In this document: positions 26,260 to 35,499 of the stretch, one piece after another
Layout of the letters: each line of letters opens with the position of its first letter
Numbering within the stretch: the first letter of the stretch is position 1
Source: a virus
Lineage: Duplodnaviria; Caudoviricetes
Virus record (IMG/VR): IMGVR_UViG_3300028048_003164
Coordinates: 55,608 to 119,607 of that record
Length of the DNA stretch: 64,000 nucleotides
Direction: 5' to 3' (one strand)
Translations under genes and position numbers: made by a program
Notes under the pieces: generated by a model
The model's input: only the letters and a program-made list of their open reading frames with translations
Databases searched by the model: none
What the model was told of the DNA's origin: nothing

Positions 26260-27480
26260 ATGAAAAAGAGATATTATTTTACGAGTGAGAGCGTCTCCGA
26301 GGGGCATCCAGACAAGGTGGCTGACCAGATATCGGATGCGGTGCTTGATGCGTTCCTCAAGGAGGATGAACGGTCTCATGTGGCAGTGGAGACCCTTGTG
26401 ACGACAGGGCAGGTAGTGGTTGCAGGTGAGGTGCGCAGCAAGGGGTACGTGGATATTCCGAGCGTTGTACGGGAGACAATCGCATCGATAGGATATACGA
26501 ATCCTCTCTACGGCTTCGATGCCAACTCCTGCGGAATACTTACGGCAATACATGAGCAGTCACCCGACATCAATCAGGGTGTCATCCGTGAGGAAGAGAA
26601 GATGCAGGGTGCGGGCGATCAGGGTATCGTTTTTGGCTATGCATCGGATGAGACCGAAACTTATATGCCAGTTGCCCACTATATAGCTACGCTTATAGTT
26701 AAGAGTTTGGCTGAAATCCGTAAGGAAGGCAAACTTATGCCATACTTACGCCCGGATGCTAAATCACAGGTGACCGTGGAGTATTCCGAGTTTGACGAGC
26801 CTTTACGTATTGATACTATCGTGGTTAGCACACAGCATGATGAGTTCGCCTCGGAAAAGGCTATGCAGGAGCAGATTCGCTATGACGTAATCAATACCCT
26901 TGTCCCGTATGTTAAGACGAAGATAAAGGATGAGCGTATATTGAGATTGTTTAATAACGACATAAGATACCATGTCAATCCCACGGGAAAGTTCGTCTTG
27001 GGCGGACCAGCAGGTGATACGGGTTTGACGGGAAGAAAGATTATTGTCGACACCTATGGCGGCATGGCTCGTCATGGCGGCGGCGCATTCTCGGGGAAAG
27101 ACCCGTCCAAGGTAGACCGCAGCGCAGCCTATGCAGCTCGCTATGTTGCAAAGAACCTTGTGGCAAACGGAATCTGTTCAAAGTGCGAGGTTCAGATTGG
27201 CTATGCCATAGGTGTAGCCGAGCCAGTTAGCGTTTATGTGGAAGACTTCGGTACATATAACGGTGGCGTAGGTGTTCTCGGTGATTTCGTGAAGGAGCAC
27301 TTTGACCTTTCACCATACGGAATAGACAAGATGCTCGGAGGATTGAGAAAGCCCATCTATCTGCCGACCGCTGCCTACGGACACTTCGGACGCAATTCAT
27401 ACGAGAAGGACGGACTGACTTTCTTCCCTTGGGAGAAGGTAATGGCGAAGGAAGAACTTTTGGGAAGAAAGAAATATTAA
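26260..27480 (+). CDS. metK: S-adenosylmethionine synthetase
   Basis: [50 protein letters not shown]. Confidence 0.98.
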   Translation: MKKRYYFTSESVSEGHPDKVADQISDAVLDAFLKEDERSHVAVETLVTTGQVVVAGEVRSKGYVDIPSVVRETIASIGYTNPLYGFDANSCGILTAIHEQSPDINQGVIREEEKMQGAGDQGIVFGYASDETETYMPVAHYIATLIVKSLAEIRKEGKLMPYLRPDAKSQVTVEYSEFDEPLRIDTIVVSTQHDEFASEKAMQEQIRYDVINTLVPYVKTKIKDERILRLFNNDIRYHVNPTGKFVLGGPAGDTGLTGRKIIVDTYGGMARHGGGAFSGKDPSKVDRSAAYAARYVAKNLVANGICSKCEVQIGYAIGVAEPVSVYVEDFGTYNGGVGVLGDFVKEHFDLSPYGIDKMLGGLRKPIYLPTAAYGHFGRNSYEKDGLTFFPWEKVMAKEELLGRKKY

Positions 27481-27485
27481 CCTAC

Positions 27486-27557
27486 ACGGGGATGGTGCGT
27501 GTCAGTCCGCTAACGGTACAATCCGCAAGACGCAAGTGAAACTCTTGTCATCCTCGT
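27486..27557 (+). ncRNA. tRNA-like structured RNA
   Basis: GGGGATG/CATCCTC stem stacked on GCAAG-TGAAACT-CTTGT T-arm; non-canonical middle. Confidence 0.5.
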
Positions 27558-27569
27558 TATTTTTGAATA

Positions 27570-27836
27570 ATGAAGAACCTATTTTGGGAAATTGCCGCAA
27601 GGCTTGGTTTTTGGATTCCGTGTAACAAGTACATGCCGCCACGGAAGTATTGGGATTGGGTACTTATAGGATACCATGAAAAGGGATTGTCTTATTATTA
27701 TATTCCGACCGTAGCGGAGTATTCTGCCACAAGGAAAATATGGATTGAGAACAATGAAAGCCCGGAAGAATATCTTAATGAAACCTGCGTTGTAACTCAT
27801 TGGCATAAATTGCCACGGAAATTAAAAGTAAAATAA
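27570..27836 (+). CDS. DUF551-like protein
   Basis: WIPC...PP...VL...VTHW..LP. Confidence 0.75.
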   Translation: MKNLFWEIAARLGFWIPCNKYMPPRKYWDWVLIGYHEKGLSYYYIPTVAEYSATRKIWIENNESPEEYLNETCVVTHWHKLPRKLKVK

Positions 27837-27837
27837 T

Positions 27838-28149
27838 ATGTTCAGTAAACCGATAACAAACGAAGAGGAAAGATTTATAAAGAAGAATGCGGAGTCTATG
27901 TCTATCTCGGAAATAGCCACATCCCTCGGGAGGAGCTACTATACCATTCAGAGGTATATGAGTATTCTCGGGCTGAAGACGGGATTCCACAAGTGGACGA
28001 AGCAGGAGGACGAGCTTTTGAGGGAACTTTGGGAACAATATCCTGCAGGCTATATCTGCCGCCGTCTCGGGGTGGATGAGAACTGTGTCTACAACAGGGT
28101 GAGACGGCTGAAACTGAAAAAGAAACGTATCGTCAAGAAGAAGGAATGA
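27838..28149 (+). CDS. Tandem Myb/HTH-like DNA-binding protein
   Basis: Two repeats: T.EEERFI...EIA.SLGRS and WT.QEDELL...RRLG....V.NR. Confidence 0.75.
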   Translation: MFSKPITNEEERFIKKNAESMSISEIATSLGRSYYTIQRYMSILGLKTGFHKWTKQEDELLRELWEQYPAGYICRRLGVDENCVYNRVRRLKLKKKRIVKKKE

Positions 28150-28802
28150 AGAAGGTAGGTATAATTGTTGCCATGCAGAAGGAGTGGGATGCCCTCTTTG
28201 CAGGAACGGAGAAAGTAGGCATGGCTTTCGCCAAGGAGCGCACACGGAGGAACATACCCTATGTGGCGATGATAAGCGGCATCGGGAAGGTGAACGCTGC
28301 CGTGACGGCATACAGGCTGTGGAAGGAATACGACTGCAACCGCATCATTTCTTTCGGCTGCGCTGGAGGCGTGATCCATGACGTTCATATCGGGGAAGTC
28401 ATCGTGGGCGATGAGTATATGTACTATGATGTAAACTGCGGAAGCCCTAATGCAGTGGGGCAGGTGCAGGGGCACCCAGAGACATATCCGTCATGCTATG
28501 CTGAATGGAGATTCTTGGATGGAATGAGGCATGGGCTGATTGCCTCCGGCGATACCTTCGTGGAGTCGGATCTGATGGCCTCTTCCATCATGCAGTCGCT
28601 GTATCCCGAGCATTACCCCGTAGCCTTGGATATGGAAAGCGCAGCCATAGCGCAGGTCTGTGAGGAGAGGGGTGTCGGTTTTACATCCGTGAGGGTAATA
28701 TCGGACAATCCCTTGCTTGGAGAGAGGACGTATGATGCTTTTTGGAAAAGGAAGGACGAGAGGCTTGGCCAGCTGATGCGCAGTTTCGTAAACATGGATT
28801 AA
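28146..28802 (+). CDS. mtnN: 5'-methylthioadenosine/S-adenosylhomocysteine nucleosidase
   Basis: GIIVAM..E, SGIGKVNAA, G.AGG, SGD.F, DMESAAIAQVC, RVISD. Confidence 0.93.
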   Translation: MKKVGIIVAMQKEWDALFAGTEKVGMAFAKERTRRNIPYVAMISGIGKVNAAVTAYRLWKEYDCNRIISFGCAGGVIHDVHIGEVIVGDEYMYYDVNCGSPNAVGQVQGHPETYPSCYAEWRFLDGMRHGLIASGDTFVESDLMASSIMQSLYPEHYPVALDMESAAIAQVCEERGVGFTSVRVISDNPLLGERTYDAFWKRKDERLGQLMRSFVNMD

Positions 28803-28837
28803 GGAAATCTTTTGTCATACTAAATATATCTTGATGT

Positions 28838-28878
28838 TAGGCGGCGATGGCATGGATATGCTAAAGTCGCCTATTTTC
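28838..28878 (+). terminator. Terminator after mtnN
   Basis: TAGGCGGC...GTCGCCTA + TTTT. Confidence 0.55.
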
Positions 28879-28996
28879 AGCTAAACTAAGATAAATAACT
28901 TGCACGTTTCTGGTTAATCGTTTATCTTCGCACTACCCTTACAAAAGGGCAACCCTTAGAACCGCAGCCGACGGGATAGAAACAGGCAAGAAGAGT
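28860..28996 (+). promoter_or_regulatory. Repeated promoter + structured leader, copy B
   Basis: Colinear with 20245-20381; TTG-N20-TATCTTCG; hairpin; CAACCCTTAGAA; AAGAGT-ATG. Confidence 0.8.
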
Positions 28997-29401
28997 ATGA
29001 AGACTACAGCAAACAACACGAACGACGTTAAGCAGATGATGATGGATGCTATCAGCAAGGCAGAAAACACTATCAACGTATGCAACAAGCAAATCGAGTA
29101 CCTGACACATCCCGAAATCTACGGCTGCTGCCTGAGCAAGTGCAACAGTATCGTGATTAACAAGAAGCGCATGATGACCGTCACCACCGACGAGAATCAC
29201 ATGACCACCTACGAGTTCTCACCCCTCTACCCCACTTACTTCTCGCCTGAAGCCGCCGACAGCATTATCAGTCACGATATATACAAGGACATCAACGGCA
29301 ATCGCATCCCGCTCGAAAGAATCGGCAAACTGGAGTACTATAGGCTTCTGAAGGCACAGTCAGAGAAGAATATTAAGGTTCTCAAAAGCATAGCAGCATA
29401 A
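28997..29401 (+). CDS. Hypothetical protein (cassette B cargo)
   Basis: 134-aa ORF directly after leader B. Confidence 0.8.
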   Translation: MKTTANNTNDVKQMMMDAISKAENTINVCNKQIEYLTHPEIYGCCLSKCNSIVINKKRMMTVTTDENHMTTYEFSPLYPTYFSPEAADSIISHDIYKDINGNRIPLERIGKLEYYRLLKAQSEKNIKVLKSIAA

Positions 29402-29403
29402 GA

Positions 29404-29631
29404 ATGAATGTATATATATTAAAGCCGAAAGGCAAGTATAATCACGGCATGGCATTGGTGGCAGCACCCACCTTTGCCTACGCCAAGAGTGAGTATATAT
29501 CAGGTGGCTCTTACGGAGTAATGTATAATTACGGAGAGTTTGAATTTGATGAAAACCACTCAGAACCGATAGAAGGTCTTGAGTAGCACGGAGGGCAATG
29601 CGTGATAGAAGATAGCATTTACATAGAATAA
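29404..29631 (+). pseudogene. Small gene with a probable premature TAG at 29584-29586
   Basis: Frame continues ...PIEGLE*HGGQCVIEDSIYIE to TAA at 29631, 10 bp before the next ATG. Confidence 0.45.
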
Positions 29632-29641
29632 AAAAGAAGTT

Positions 29642-29863
29642 ATGTTGAAAACGGCGAAATTCGGGGATAAGTTTAAGACCCGTGACGGCAGTATTGCCAT
29701 ATTGGTAAAAAGACGTGATTTAGCAAGAAAACGCGTTTATGAGTGTATGGTGGGTAAAAGTCTTAATCCGAATATGGCAGACGCAATAATGTGGCCATAT
29801 AACGAGGATGACACAGCGCAAGAAGGTTTTACGCATTTTGATTTGATAGAAGAATTTAAATAA
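29642..29863 (+). CDS. Hypothetical protein
   Basis: AKFGDKFKTRDG..A...DLIEE motif. Confidence 0.75.
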   Translation: MLKTAKFGDKFKTRDGSIAILVKRRDLARKRVYECMVGKSLNPNMADAIMWPYNEDDTAQEGFTHFDLIEEFK

Positions 29864-29864
29864 G

Positions 29865-29944
29865 CCGCTGTGTTCGCTTTCTATGAGCACAGCGGGTAAC
29901 TATGCCACCTTTATTATAATAAGGCGGCACAAGCCGTAAAAACG
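29865..29944 (+). repeat. Long imperfect hairpin element, copy B
   Basis: GGGTAACTATGCCACCT...AAGGC-N11-TAAAAACG; homologous to 20588-20668. Confidence 0.7.
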
Positions 29945-29963
29945 GCAAAATCTAAGGGTTTCT

Positions 29964-29993
29964 AAGGAGAGTTTTACGACTCTCCTTTTTTTT
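29964..29993 (+). terminator. Rho-independent terminator
   Basis: AAGGAGAGTT-TTAC-GACTCTCCTT + T-tract. Confidence 0.85.
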
Positions 29994-30023
29994 ATTCGTA
30001 CCTTTGCACCATTTTTTTTAATG

Positions 30024-30058
30024 TATTTGTTAACAAAATACTTTTTTGATACATTTGC
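30024..30058 (+). promoter_or_regulatory. Late-type promoter for the head operon
   Basis: TATTTGTTAACAAAATACTTTTTTGATACATTTGC; a second -7 box TACCTTTG at 29999. Confidence 0.75.
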
Positions 30059-30093
30059 ATCGAGTTATCAAAAATTTAACAAATATAAGAATT

Positions 30094-30945
30094 ATGAACA
30101 AGAAAACCAAGTTGGTACTGGAACTGTTGAAGACCAAGGCTTCGTCCCTGGGTTTCAACAGAGAGGAATTGGAGGGTGCTGCAAAGACGATTGCAGACAA
30201 CCTTGGAGTAGATGACGATGCGACGGATGAGGTGATGAACGCAGCCGCAGAAAAGGCGGTGGCGGTCTATATGCCGATACTTGAGCTGAGTCAGAAGAAT
30301 GCTAACCGTATCATCACCAAGAACAAGGAGGAGCGTGAAAAGGCCGAGGCCGAGGCAAAACGCAAGGCTGAAGAAGAGGCAGCGAAGAAAGCCGCCGAGG
30401 AAGCAGAGGCAAAGCGTAAAGCCGAAGAGGAGGCAGCAGCCAAGAAAGCCGAGGAGGCAGCACGTAAGGCGGCAGAAGAGGCTGGATTCCAAAGACTCCT
30501 TGATTCCGATTGGGCAAAGGGCTTGAAAGCGGAGAACGAGAACCTCGCCAAGCAGCTGAAGGAACAGACAAATGCTTACAAGAAACAGCAGGAGGAGTTC
30601 AAGAAACAGCTTGAAGAGTTTAATGCTTTCCGTAATGAGTTCAATACCATGAAGGCAGACCGTCTGAAGGCGACCAGAGAGAACCGTCTCGAGGAACTCT
30701 TAAAGGATGCAGGTGTGTATGGAGAGCGCATAAAGAAGAACTATGCCAGAATGTCGTTTGATTCCGACGAGGACTTTGAGGAGTTTCTCGGTGGCATCCA
30801 GGAGGATATAAAGGCGTTCAATCAAGAGCGTGCCGACAAGGGACTTGATACGTTTAGCGTGCCAGGAACTGGCGGAGCTAATCAAGAAACCAAGAAAGAG
30901 CCGATGTCAGATGCAGAGATAGAGGCTCTTGCAGCAATTATGTAA
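30094..30945 (+). CDS. Capsid scaffolding protein
   Basis: Coiled-coil, A/E/K-rich repeats; immediately before decoration and capsid genes; ATG at 30094. Confidence 0.75.
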   Translation: MNKKTKLVLELLKTKASSLGFNREELEGAAKTIADNLGVDDDATDEVMNAAAEKAVAVYMPILELSQKNANRIITKNKEEREKAEAEAKRKAEEEAAKKAAEEAEAKRKAEEEAAAKKAEEAARKAAEEAGFQRLLDSDWAKGLKAENENLAKQLKEQTNAYKKQQEEFKKQLEEFNAFRNEFNTMKADRLKATRENRLEELLKDAGVYGERIKKNYARMSFDSDEDFEEFLGGIQEDIKAFNQERADKGLDTFSVPGTGGANQETKKEPMSDAEIEALAAIM

Positions 30946-30962
30946 AACTAAAACAAAAGAAA

Positions 30963-31349
30963 ATGGCAAACACAAACACAGAGTTTACCTTCGGAAATGA
31001 TCCTATCGTCATCCGTAAGGAACTTGACGACATCAAAGGTGGAGTCGTTCTCGATGTTACTGGTTACACCGAAGAGTTCGTCTATGCAGGTCATCCTGTT
31101 ATCCGTGACGTGGCAACAGGTCTGACTTTTAAGCCGTTCCCCGTGGCAAATGGTGCTCTTGGCACACTGCCGGAAGGCTATGAGTATTGTGGTGTCGTTA
31201 TTCGTACCAAACCGACCGCAGAGCCGTTCGTATCAGTTCTGACCATCGGTGAGGTGAACGAAAAGGCACTCAAATTCCCTCTCACAGCGGCTATCAAGAC
31301 CGCTTTCAAGGCCGCTGTCCCGACTATTCGCTGGGAGCATGACGTATAA
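30963..31349 (+). CDS. Head decoration / head fibre protein
   Basis: 128 aa between scaffold and MCP; GG..LD.TG...AGH.VI motif. Confidence 0.7.
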   Translation: MANTNTEFTFGNDPIVIRKELDDIKGGVVLDVTGYTEEFVYAGHPVIRDVATGLTFKPFPVANGALGTLPEGYEYCGVVIRTKPTAEPFVSVLTIGEVNEKALKFPLTAAIKTAFKAAVPTIRWEHDV

Positions 31350-31400
31350 GCCCGAAAAAAGGTAAAAAGATTGTTTAACGGATAACAAGAAAAATAGAAA

Positions 31401-32711
31401 ATGTTACAGTCACTATTTTATAAGTATTTGGAGCGTTTCTTTCCGAGACTCCAGCGTCTCATTGAGACGGTAAACAAAAAGCGTGGAAACTCTCTTACAT
31501 ATCTGCACAAGCAACATTTGAATGAAGAGTACAGCCCCGACAACAAGTGGGAAAGCACCATCAGTGACACCACCTACGTGGCTGCTGACTTTGTTTCAAT
31601 GGACAGCGCACTTCCCATCAAGCAGCGTGACACTATCCAGACCGCCAACGGCAAGCTTCCGAAGATTGGTATCAGCCGCGTTCTTCGCGAGTCTGACATC
31701 AATACTCTGAACACAATGGAGGCACAGGGCGGCAATGCGCAGCTCATCTCCCGTAAGCTTGCCAATGACCCCGTGGCATGCGCACAGGGTCTCGACGAGC
31801 GTAATGAGTACAACTTCCTGTCTGGATTCTCAAACGGTTACGTAGCCATTAAGGATGATGACAACCCCAACGCGCTCATGCGTATCAACTTTAACTACCT
31901 CGACAGGAATACATTCTCATCTTCGAATCCCGGCTCTCCCGAACTTGAGGATATCTTGAACGTAATCGAGAAAGCAGAGGAAAATGGTACAACCATCCGT
32001 TACATTTGGATTTCTAAGCAAACGTACGATGAGTTGCGTCATTCCGAAGCTGCTCGAGAGTTGGCCGCAAATTACGAGCGTCGTATTGTCGGCAATGGTA
32101 TCACATTGCCTGTTCCGACTCCTACGCTGTTTGATGAAGCGTTCTCCGACGAGACAAATGGTGTAAGCTTCGTTAAGGTTAACCGTTCTGTCATCATCGA
32201 GGAGAATGGCATTCGCAAGAACGTGAAGCCTTGGAACGACAACCGTATTATCTTCGTAGAGGACGATATTGTTGGCACGCTTGTCTACGGTCGTCTTGCA
32301 GAGACCACAAATCCCGTTGAGAACGTGCTTTATCAGCTTGTTGACAACTACAAGCTTATTGCACGCTTCCGTGAAACCAATCCTCTGCGTGAGACAACCA
32401 CGGGTCAGGCCATTGTTGCTCCTATCATCGAGAATATCGACCAGATTTACGTCCTCGACATCAGCCAAGGTCAGGCAGTGGACGAGACTGCTGAGGCAGC
32501 AGACACCAATGATACCTTCGTAACCGTCTGGGGAAACAAGTACAATAAGGCTGCTTTCATTACCGCCTACAACGCACTCGAAGGTGAGAAGACTCCGAGA
32601 ACCTTGAAGGAAGGTGCTACCGACGTCAACATCATCAAGGCTGTGAACAAGCTCAGCGTTGAGCAGGTAGAGAAGCTGCAGGATGCCTTGACACCCGTGA
32701 CCAACGGTTAA
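31401..32711 (+). CDS. Major capsid protein (lambda gpE-like)
   Basis: 436 aa; VAAD.V.MDS.LP...G.LPKIG; position in head module. Confidence 0.85.
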   Translation: MLQSLFYKYLERFFPRLQRLIETVNKKRGNSLTYLHKQHLNEEYSPDNKWESTISDTTYVAADFVSMDSALPIKQRDTIQTANGKLPKIGISRVLRESDINTLNTMEAQGGNAQLISRKLANDPVACAQGLDERNEYNFLSGFSNGYVAIKDDDNPNALMRINFNYLDRNTFSSSNPGSPELEDILNVIEKAEENGTTIRYIWISKQTYDELRHSEAARELAANYERRIVGNGITLPVPTPTLFDEAFSDETNGVSFVKVNRSVIIEENGIRKNVKPWNDNRIIFVEDDIVGTLVYGRLAETTNPVENVLYQLVDNYKLIARFRETNPLRETTTGQAIVAPIIENIDQIYVLDISQGQAVDETAEAADTNDTFVTVWGNKYNKAAFITAYNALEGEKTPRTLKEGATDVNIIKAVNKLSVEQVEKLQDALTPVTNG

Positions 32712-32777
32712 TTCAAGCGAGACATCATCAAGGACGACATGAAGCGATTCCTAACCACGAAGAAATAAAGGAGCTAA

Positions 32778-33092
32778 ATGACTATACTTGAAGCTATAAA
32801 GGCTCGCGTCAACTACCCCATGACAGACGTACAAGCCATGGAAAAGATTGTCGGCAGGGGGTTAGACCCCGCCGGCGCTTTTGACGCATCCGTTGCATCG
32901 GAGCAGGCGTTTCAGCTTGCCTATGCCGATACGCTGCGCTTCGTTATCACCATGGTCAACCTCTCGCAAGGTGGCTCGATAACGGCACAGAACATGGCTG
33001 GGATACGTGAGACGGCTAACGCTATCTACAAGAAGTATGGTGAGACGCTCATCGGAGATACGGCAAATCCGACGGTGTATATAATGAGTTAA
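32778..33092 (+). CDS. Head-tail connector/adaptor
   Basis: MTILEA.K....YP...A.AD...N.SQGG...AN.IY.KYGE; synteny. Confidence 0.65.
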   Translation: MTILEAIKARVNYPMTDVQAMEKIVGRGLDPAGAFDASVASEQAFQLAYADTLRFVITMVNLSQGGSITAQNMAGIRETANAIYKKYGETLIGDTANPTVYIMS

Positions 33093-33095
33093 GCC

Positions 33096-33428
33096 ATGCA
33101 GATATTCCCCAACGGCATACTTAGGTGGTTCGGCAGTGTTACGGCAGACCTTGACGAGTACGGAATGCCTGTAGCCGCCGACACAAGCAGTTCCATGGAG
33201 TGCCGATGCACCATAACGACGGCATCGGAGAAAAGGAACGCCACCTATGACGGAGGGGCAGTAAAGCTGGCAACCTATACCGTGACATGTAATATGGAGG
33301 ACGTAGGGGAGGGTTTCAGCCCGCACACGGTTCATCTAGTGCATGATATAAAGGGTGACCTAGGAATGTTTCAAGTGCAACGAATAGAATACTACACGAT
33401 AACTCAGACCATTGAGCTGTGGGTATGA
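33096..33428 (+). CDS. Head closure (stopper) protein
   Basis: D.YG.P motif, beta-rich; synteny. Confidence 0.6.
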   Translation: MQIFPNGILRWFGSVTADLDEYGMPVAADTSSSMECRCTITTASEKRNATYDGGAVKLATYTVTCNMEDVGEGFSPHTVHLVHDIKGDLGMFQVQRIEYYTITQTIELWV

Positions 33429-33835
33429 TAAGGTGCTTGACAGACATCGACAAGGTTGTAGCCAACGTGAAAATGGAGGCGGAGAAGTTAATGATATCCG
33501 CATTCAAGAGGGCGGGGGCACTTGCCGTAGAAAAAATCAAACAGACCAAGACATACAAGGACGTGACGTTCAAGCTGACATCATCCATCGGGTATGGAGT
33601 AGTATGGAATGGTCAGTTGATTGAAGAGGGAGGCTTCGGAAACGGGGAAGGCGGAGAGAAAGGCAGAACGTTTCTGCACTCGCTCGTCAGCGGAGTACCG
33701 TACGGACTGATTATAGTGGCTGGCATGGATTATGCGCTCTATGTCGAACGTAAGGGGTATGTCGTCCTTGACGGTGGGACGCTTGATATAGGAAAGGATA
33801 TTAAAGATTATCTTGAAAAGCAGAAGATTCAATGA
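33425..33835 (+). CDS. Neck/tail component (HK97 gp10-like)
   Basis: Y.D.T..L.SSIGY...VAGM.YA.YVE..GY.VL. Confidence 0.7.
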   Translation: MIRCLTDIDKVVANVKMEAEKLMISAFKRAGALAVEKIKQTKTYKDVTFKLTSSIGYGVVWNGQLIEEGGFGNGEGGEKGRTFLHSLVSGVPYGLIIVAGMDYALYVERKGYVVLDGGTLDIGKDIKDYLEKQKIQ

Positions 33836-34245
33836 CGAACGGAGAATTGGAAGTCCTTATGAGGACACGTGTCATGGAGGCTCAGCCTCCGATATCTGGC
33901 GGCGTGTACTTTAAGGATATGCGTCCGCGGCAGAACGACAACGACGCTTTCCTCGAGGATTGCGAGGTAATGGTTCTGACGGGCTCTGGGAATGAACATG
34001 TCACGGGGACGTGCGTGGTCAACATCTACGTCCCTGACACTCTGACCGCAAGCGGGCTCTATCTGCGGAACAAACGCCGCACGGACGAGCTCGAGGCGTG
34101 GCTGAAAGACTTACCGCAGTATTTGAGGGACGGATACGTCTACTTTCAGCGTGAAGGATTGCCAGTTACGATAAGGGAGGAGAGTACTCATGAACACTTC
34201 GTATCATTGAAGATGAAATTTAAAGTTATAGAAAACAACTATTAA
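33832..34245 (+). CDS. Tail terminator/completion protein
   Basis: ISG.VY....RP...ED..V...VNIYVPD; synteny. Confidence 0.6.
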   Translation: MTNGELEVLMRTRVMEAQPPISGGVYFKDMRPRQNDNDAFLEDCEVMVLTGSGNEHVTGTCVVNIYVPDTLTASGLYLRNKRRTDELEAWLKDLPQYLRDGYVYFQREGLPVTIREESTHEHFVSLKMKFKVIENNY

Positions 34246-34258
34246 AGAAAAAAAGACT

Positions 34259-34720
34259 ATGATTATAGCTTGGGGTATTCCAACCATTACAGTTAAGAAT
34301 CTTGCCACCGGTAGTACACCTATCACTTTCCACACTCCAGTAGAGGACTCTACTCAGCTCTCCACGGAAAAGGGTGAGAAGATGGAAGCTACCATTGAAG
34401 GTGGCGAGGCAGAGGCCGTGAAATACAAGCGCGGCAAGTATACATTAGAGTTCCAAATCCGTTTGGGTGACAGCCATAACAAATGGCAGATTGACGGTGT
34501 GGACGGTGTTGTAGACGGTGAGTGGGAGGTGACGCTCGAGCCAGAGGACTTCTCTTCAGGAGCACCTGGTTTCAAGATTCCAAAGTCTGTATGTTCCTAT
34601 GAGGACAGCTACTCTTCCGACAACGGTATCATCCGTACCTATCAGTTCGAGTCGCTGAAGCCGGAGACAGGAAAGCAGATTCAGTGGACTGGCTCCGCAT
34701 CTGTCAACGCAAGCGTTTAA
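34259..34720 (+). CDS. Major tail tube protein
   Basis: WG.P...STQL.T.KG.K.EA..EGG; followed by a terminator. Confidence 0.7.
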   Translation: MIIAWGIPTITVKNLATGSTPITFHTPVEDSTQLSTEKGEKMEATIEGGEAEAVKYKRGKYTLEFQIRLGDSHNKWQIDGVDGVVDGEWEVTLEPEDFSSGAPGFKIPKSVCSYEDSYSSDNGIIRTYQFESLKPETGKQIQWTGSASVNASV

Positions 34721-34738
34721 TAAAACGCCATATCCTAC

Positions 34739-34774
34739 AAGAGCCCTCTCCAAGCGAAGGGGGCTCTTTCCTTT
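34739..34774 (+). terminator. Terminator after the tail tube gene
   Basis: AAGAGCCCTCT-N8-AGGGGGCTCTT + TCCTTT. Confidence 0.75.
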
Positions 34775-34808
34775 GAAGGAAGAATAATAATCCCCGAATA
34801 TTAATAAT

Positions 34809-35495
34809 ATGAACATACTAACCGTCCATTACAATACCCCTATACTTGTAGATGTCCTTGTCCGCAGCGTAAGGAAATATACGGACTGTCCCGTCTATGT
34901 CTTCGACAATTCCGATGAGGAGCCGTTCACAAAAAAAACAGAAGGCGTGGAGGTTATAGACAATACAAAAGGACAGGTGTTCGATTTCGACGCCCTACTG
35001 AGACAGTATCCTGACCGTAAGGCAGGTCTTTTTTCCTCCTTCGGGAGTGCCATGCACACGAAAAGCGTAGATGCATGTTTCGACATACTGACTGACGGTT
35101 TCATCCTTATGGATTCCGATATCTTGATAAAAAAGGATTTTACGTGGATATGGGACGAGAGCTGCGTGTGGTCGGGTGAAATGAAGGATGACGGCCCGAA
35201 AGGTGCTTATGTCACGCGCCTACTGCCTTTCCTCTGCTATATCAACGTGCCGATGTGCAAAAGACACGGAGTACGTTACTTTAACGGTGAATGGATGTGG
35301 AATCTCTCGACGAAGAAACCTAACACCCTATATGACACGGGGGCGTGGTTTCTGCGTGACACACTCGACAAAGGACTTCCTCATAAGGATTTTCATGTGG
35401 ATGAATACATTGAGCACTTTAGCCATGGCAGCCATGAGTTCCTTAACATAGACCTTTTCGACTGGATAATGGAGCACAAGGAATTGTGGAAATGA
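34809..35495 (+). CDS. GT-A fold (GT2-like) glycosyltransferase
   Basis: TVHYNTP, VFDNSD, ILMDSD (DxD), YDTG, IEH...GS. Confidence 0.7.
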   Translation: MNILTVHYNTPILVDVLVRSVRKYTDCPVYVFDNSDEEPFTKKTEGVEVIDNTKGQVFDFDALLRQYPDRKAGLFSSFGSAMHTKSVDACFDILTDGFILMDSDILIKKDFTWIWDESCVWSGEMKDDGPKGAYVTRLLPFLCYINVPMCKRHGVRYFNGEWMWNLSTKKPNTLYDTGAWFLRDTLDKGLPHKDFHVDEYIEHFSHGSHEFLNIDLFDWIMEHKELWK

Positions 35496-35499
35496 AGGC

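Noticed and set aside
27486-27557. tmRNA or canonical tRNA
   Set aside because: Too short, with no tag ORF, anticodon arm or CCA; kept only as tRNA-like
30330-30485. Tandem DNA repeat element
   Set aside because: Explained by the Ala/Glu/Lys-rich helical segment of the scaffold protein
32712-32768. Read-through extension of the major capsid protein (FKRDIIKDDMKRFLTTKK)
   Set aside because: Eighteen open codons after TAA can easily arise by chance; no recoding signal seen
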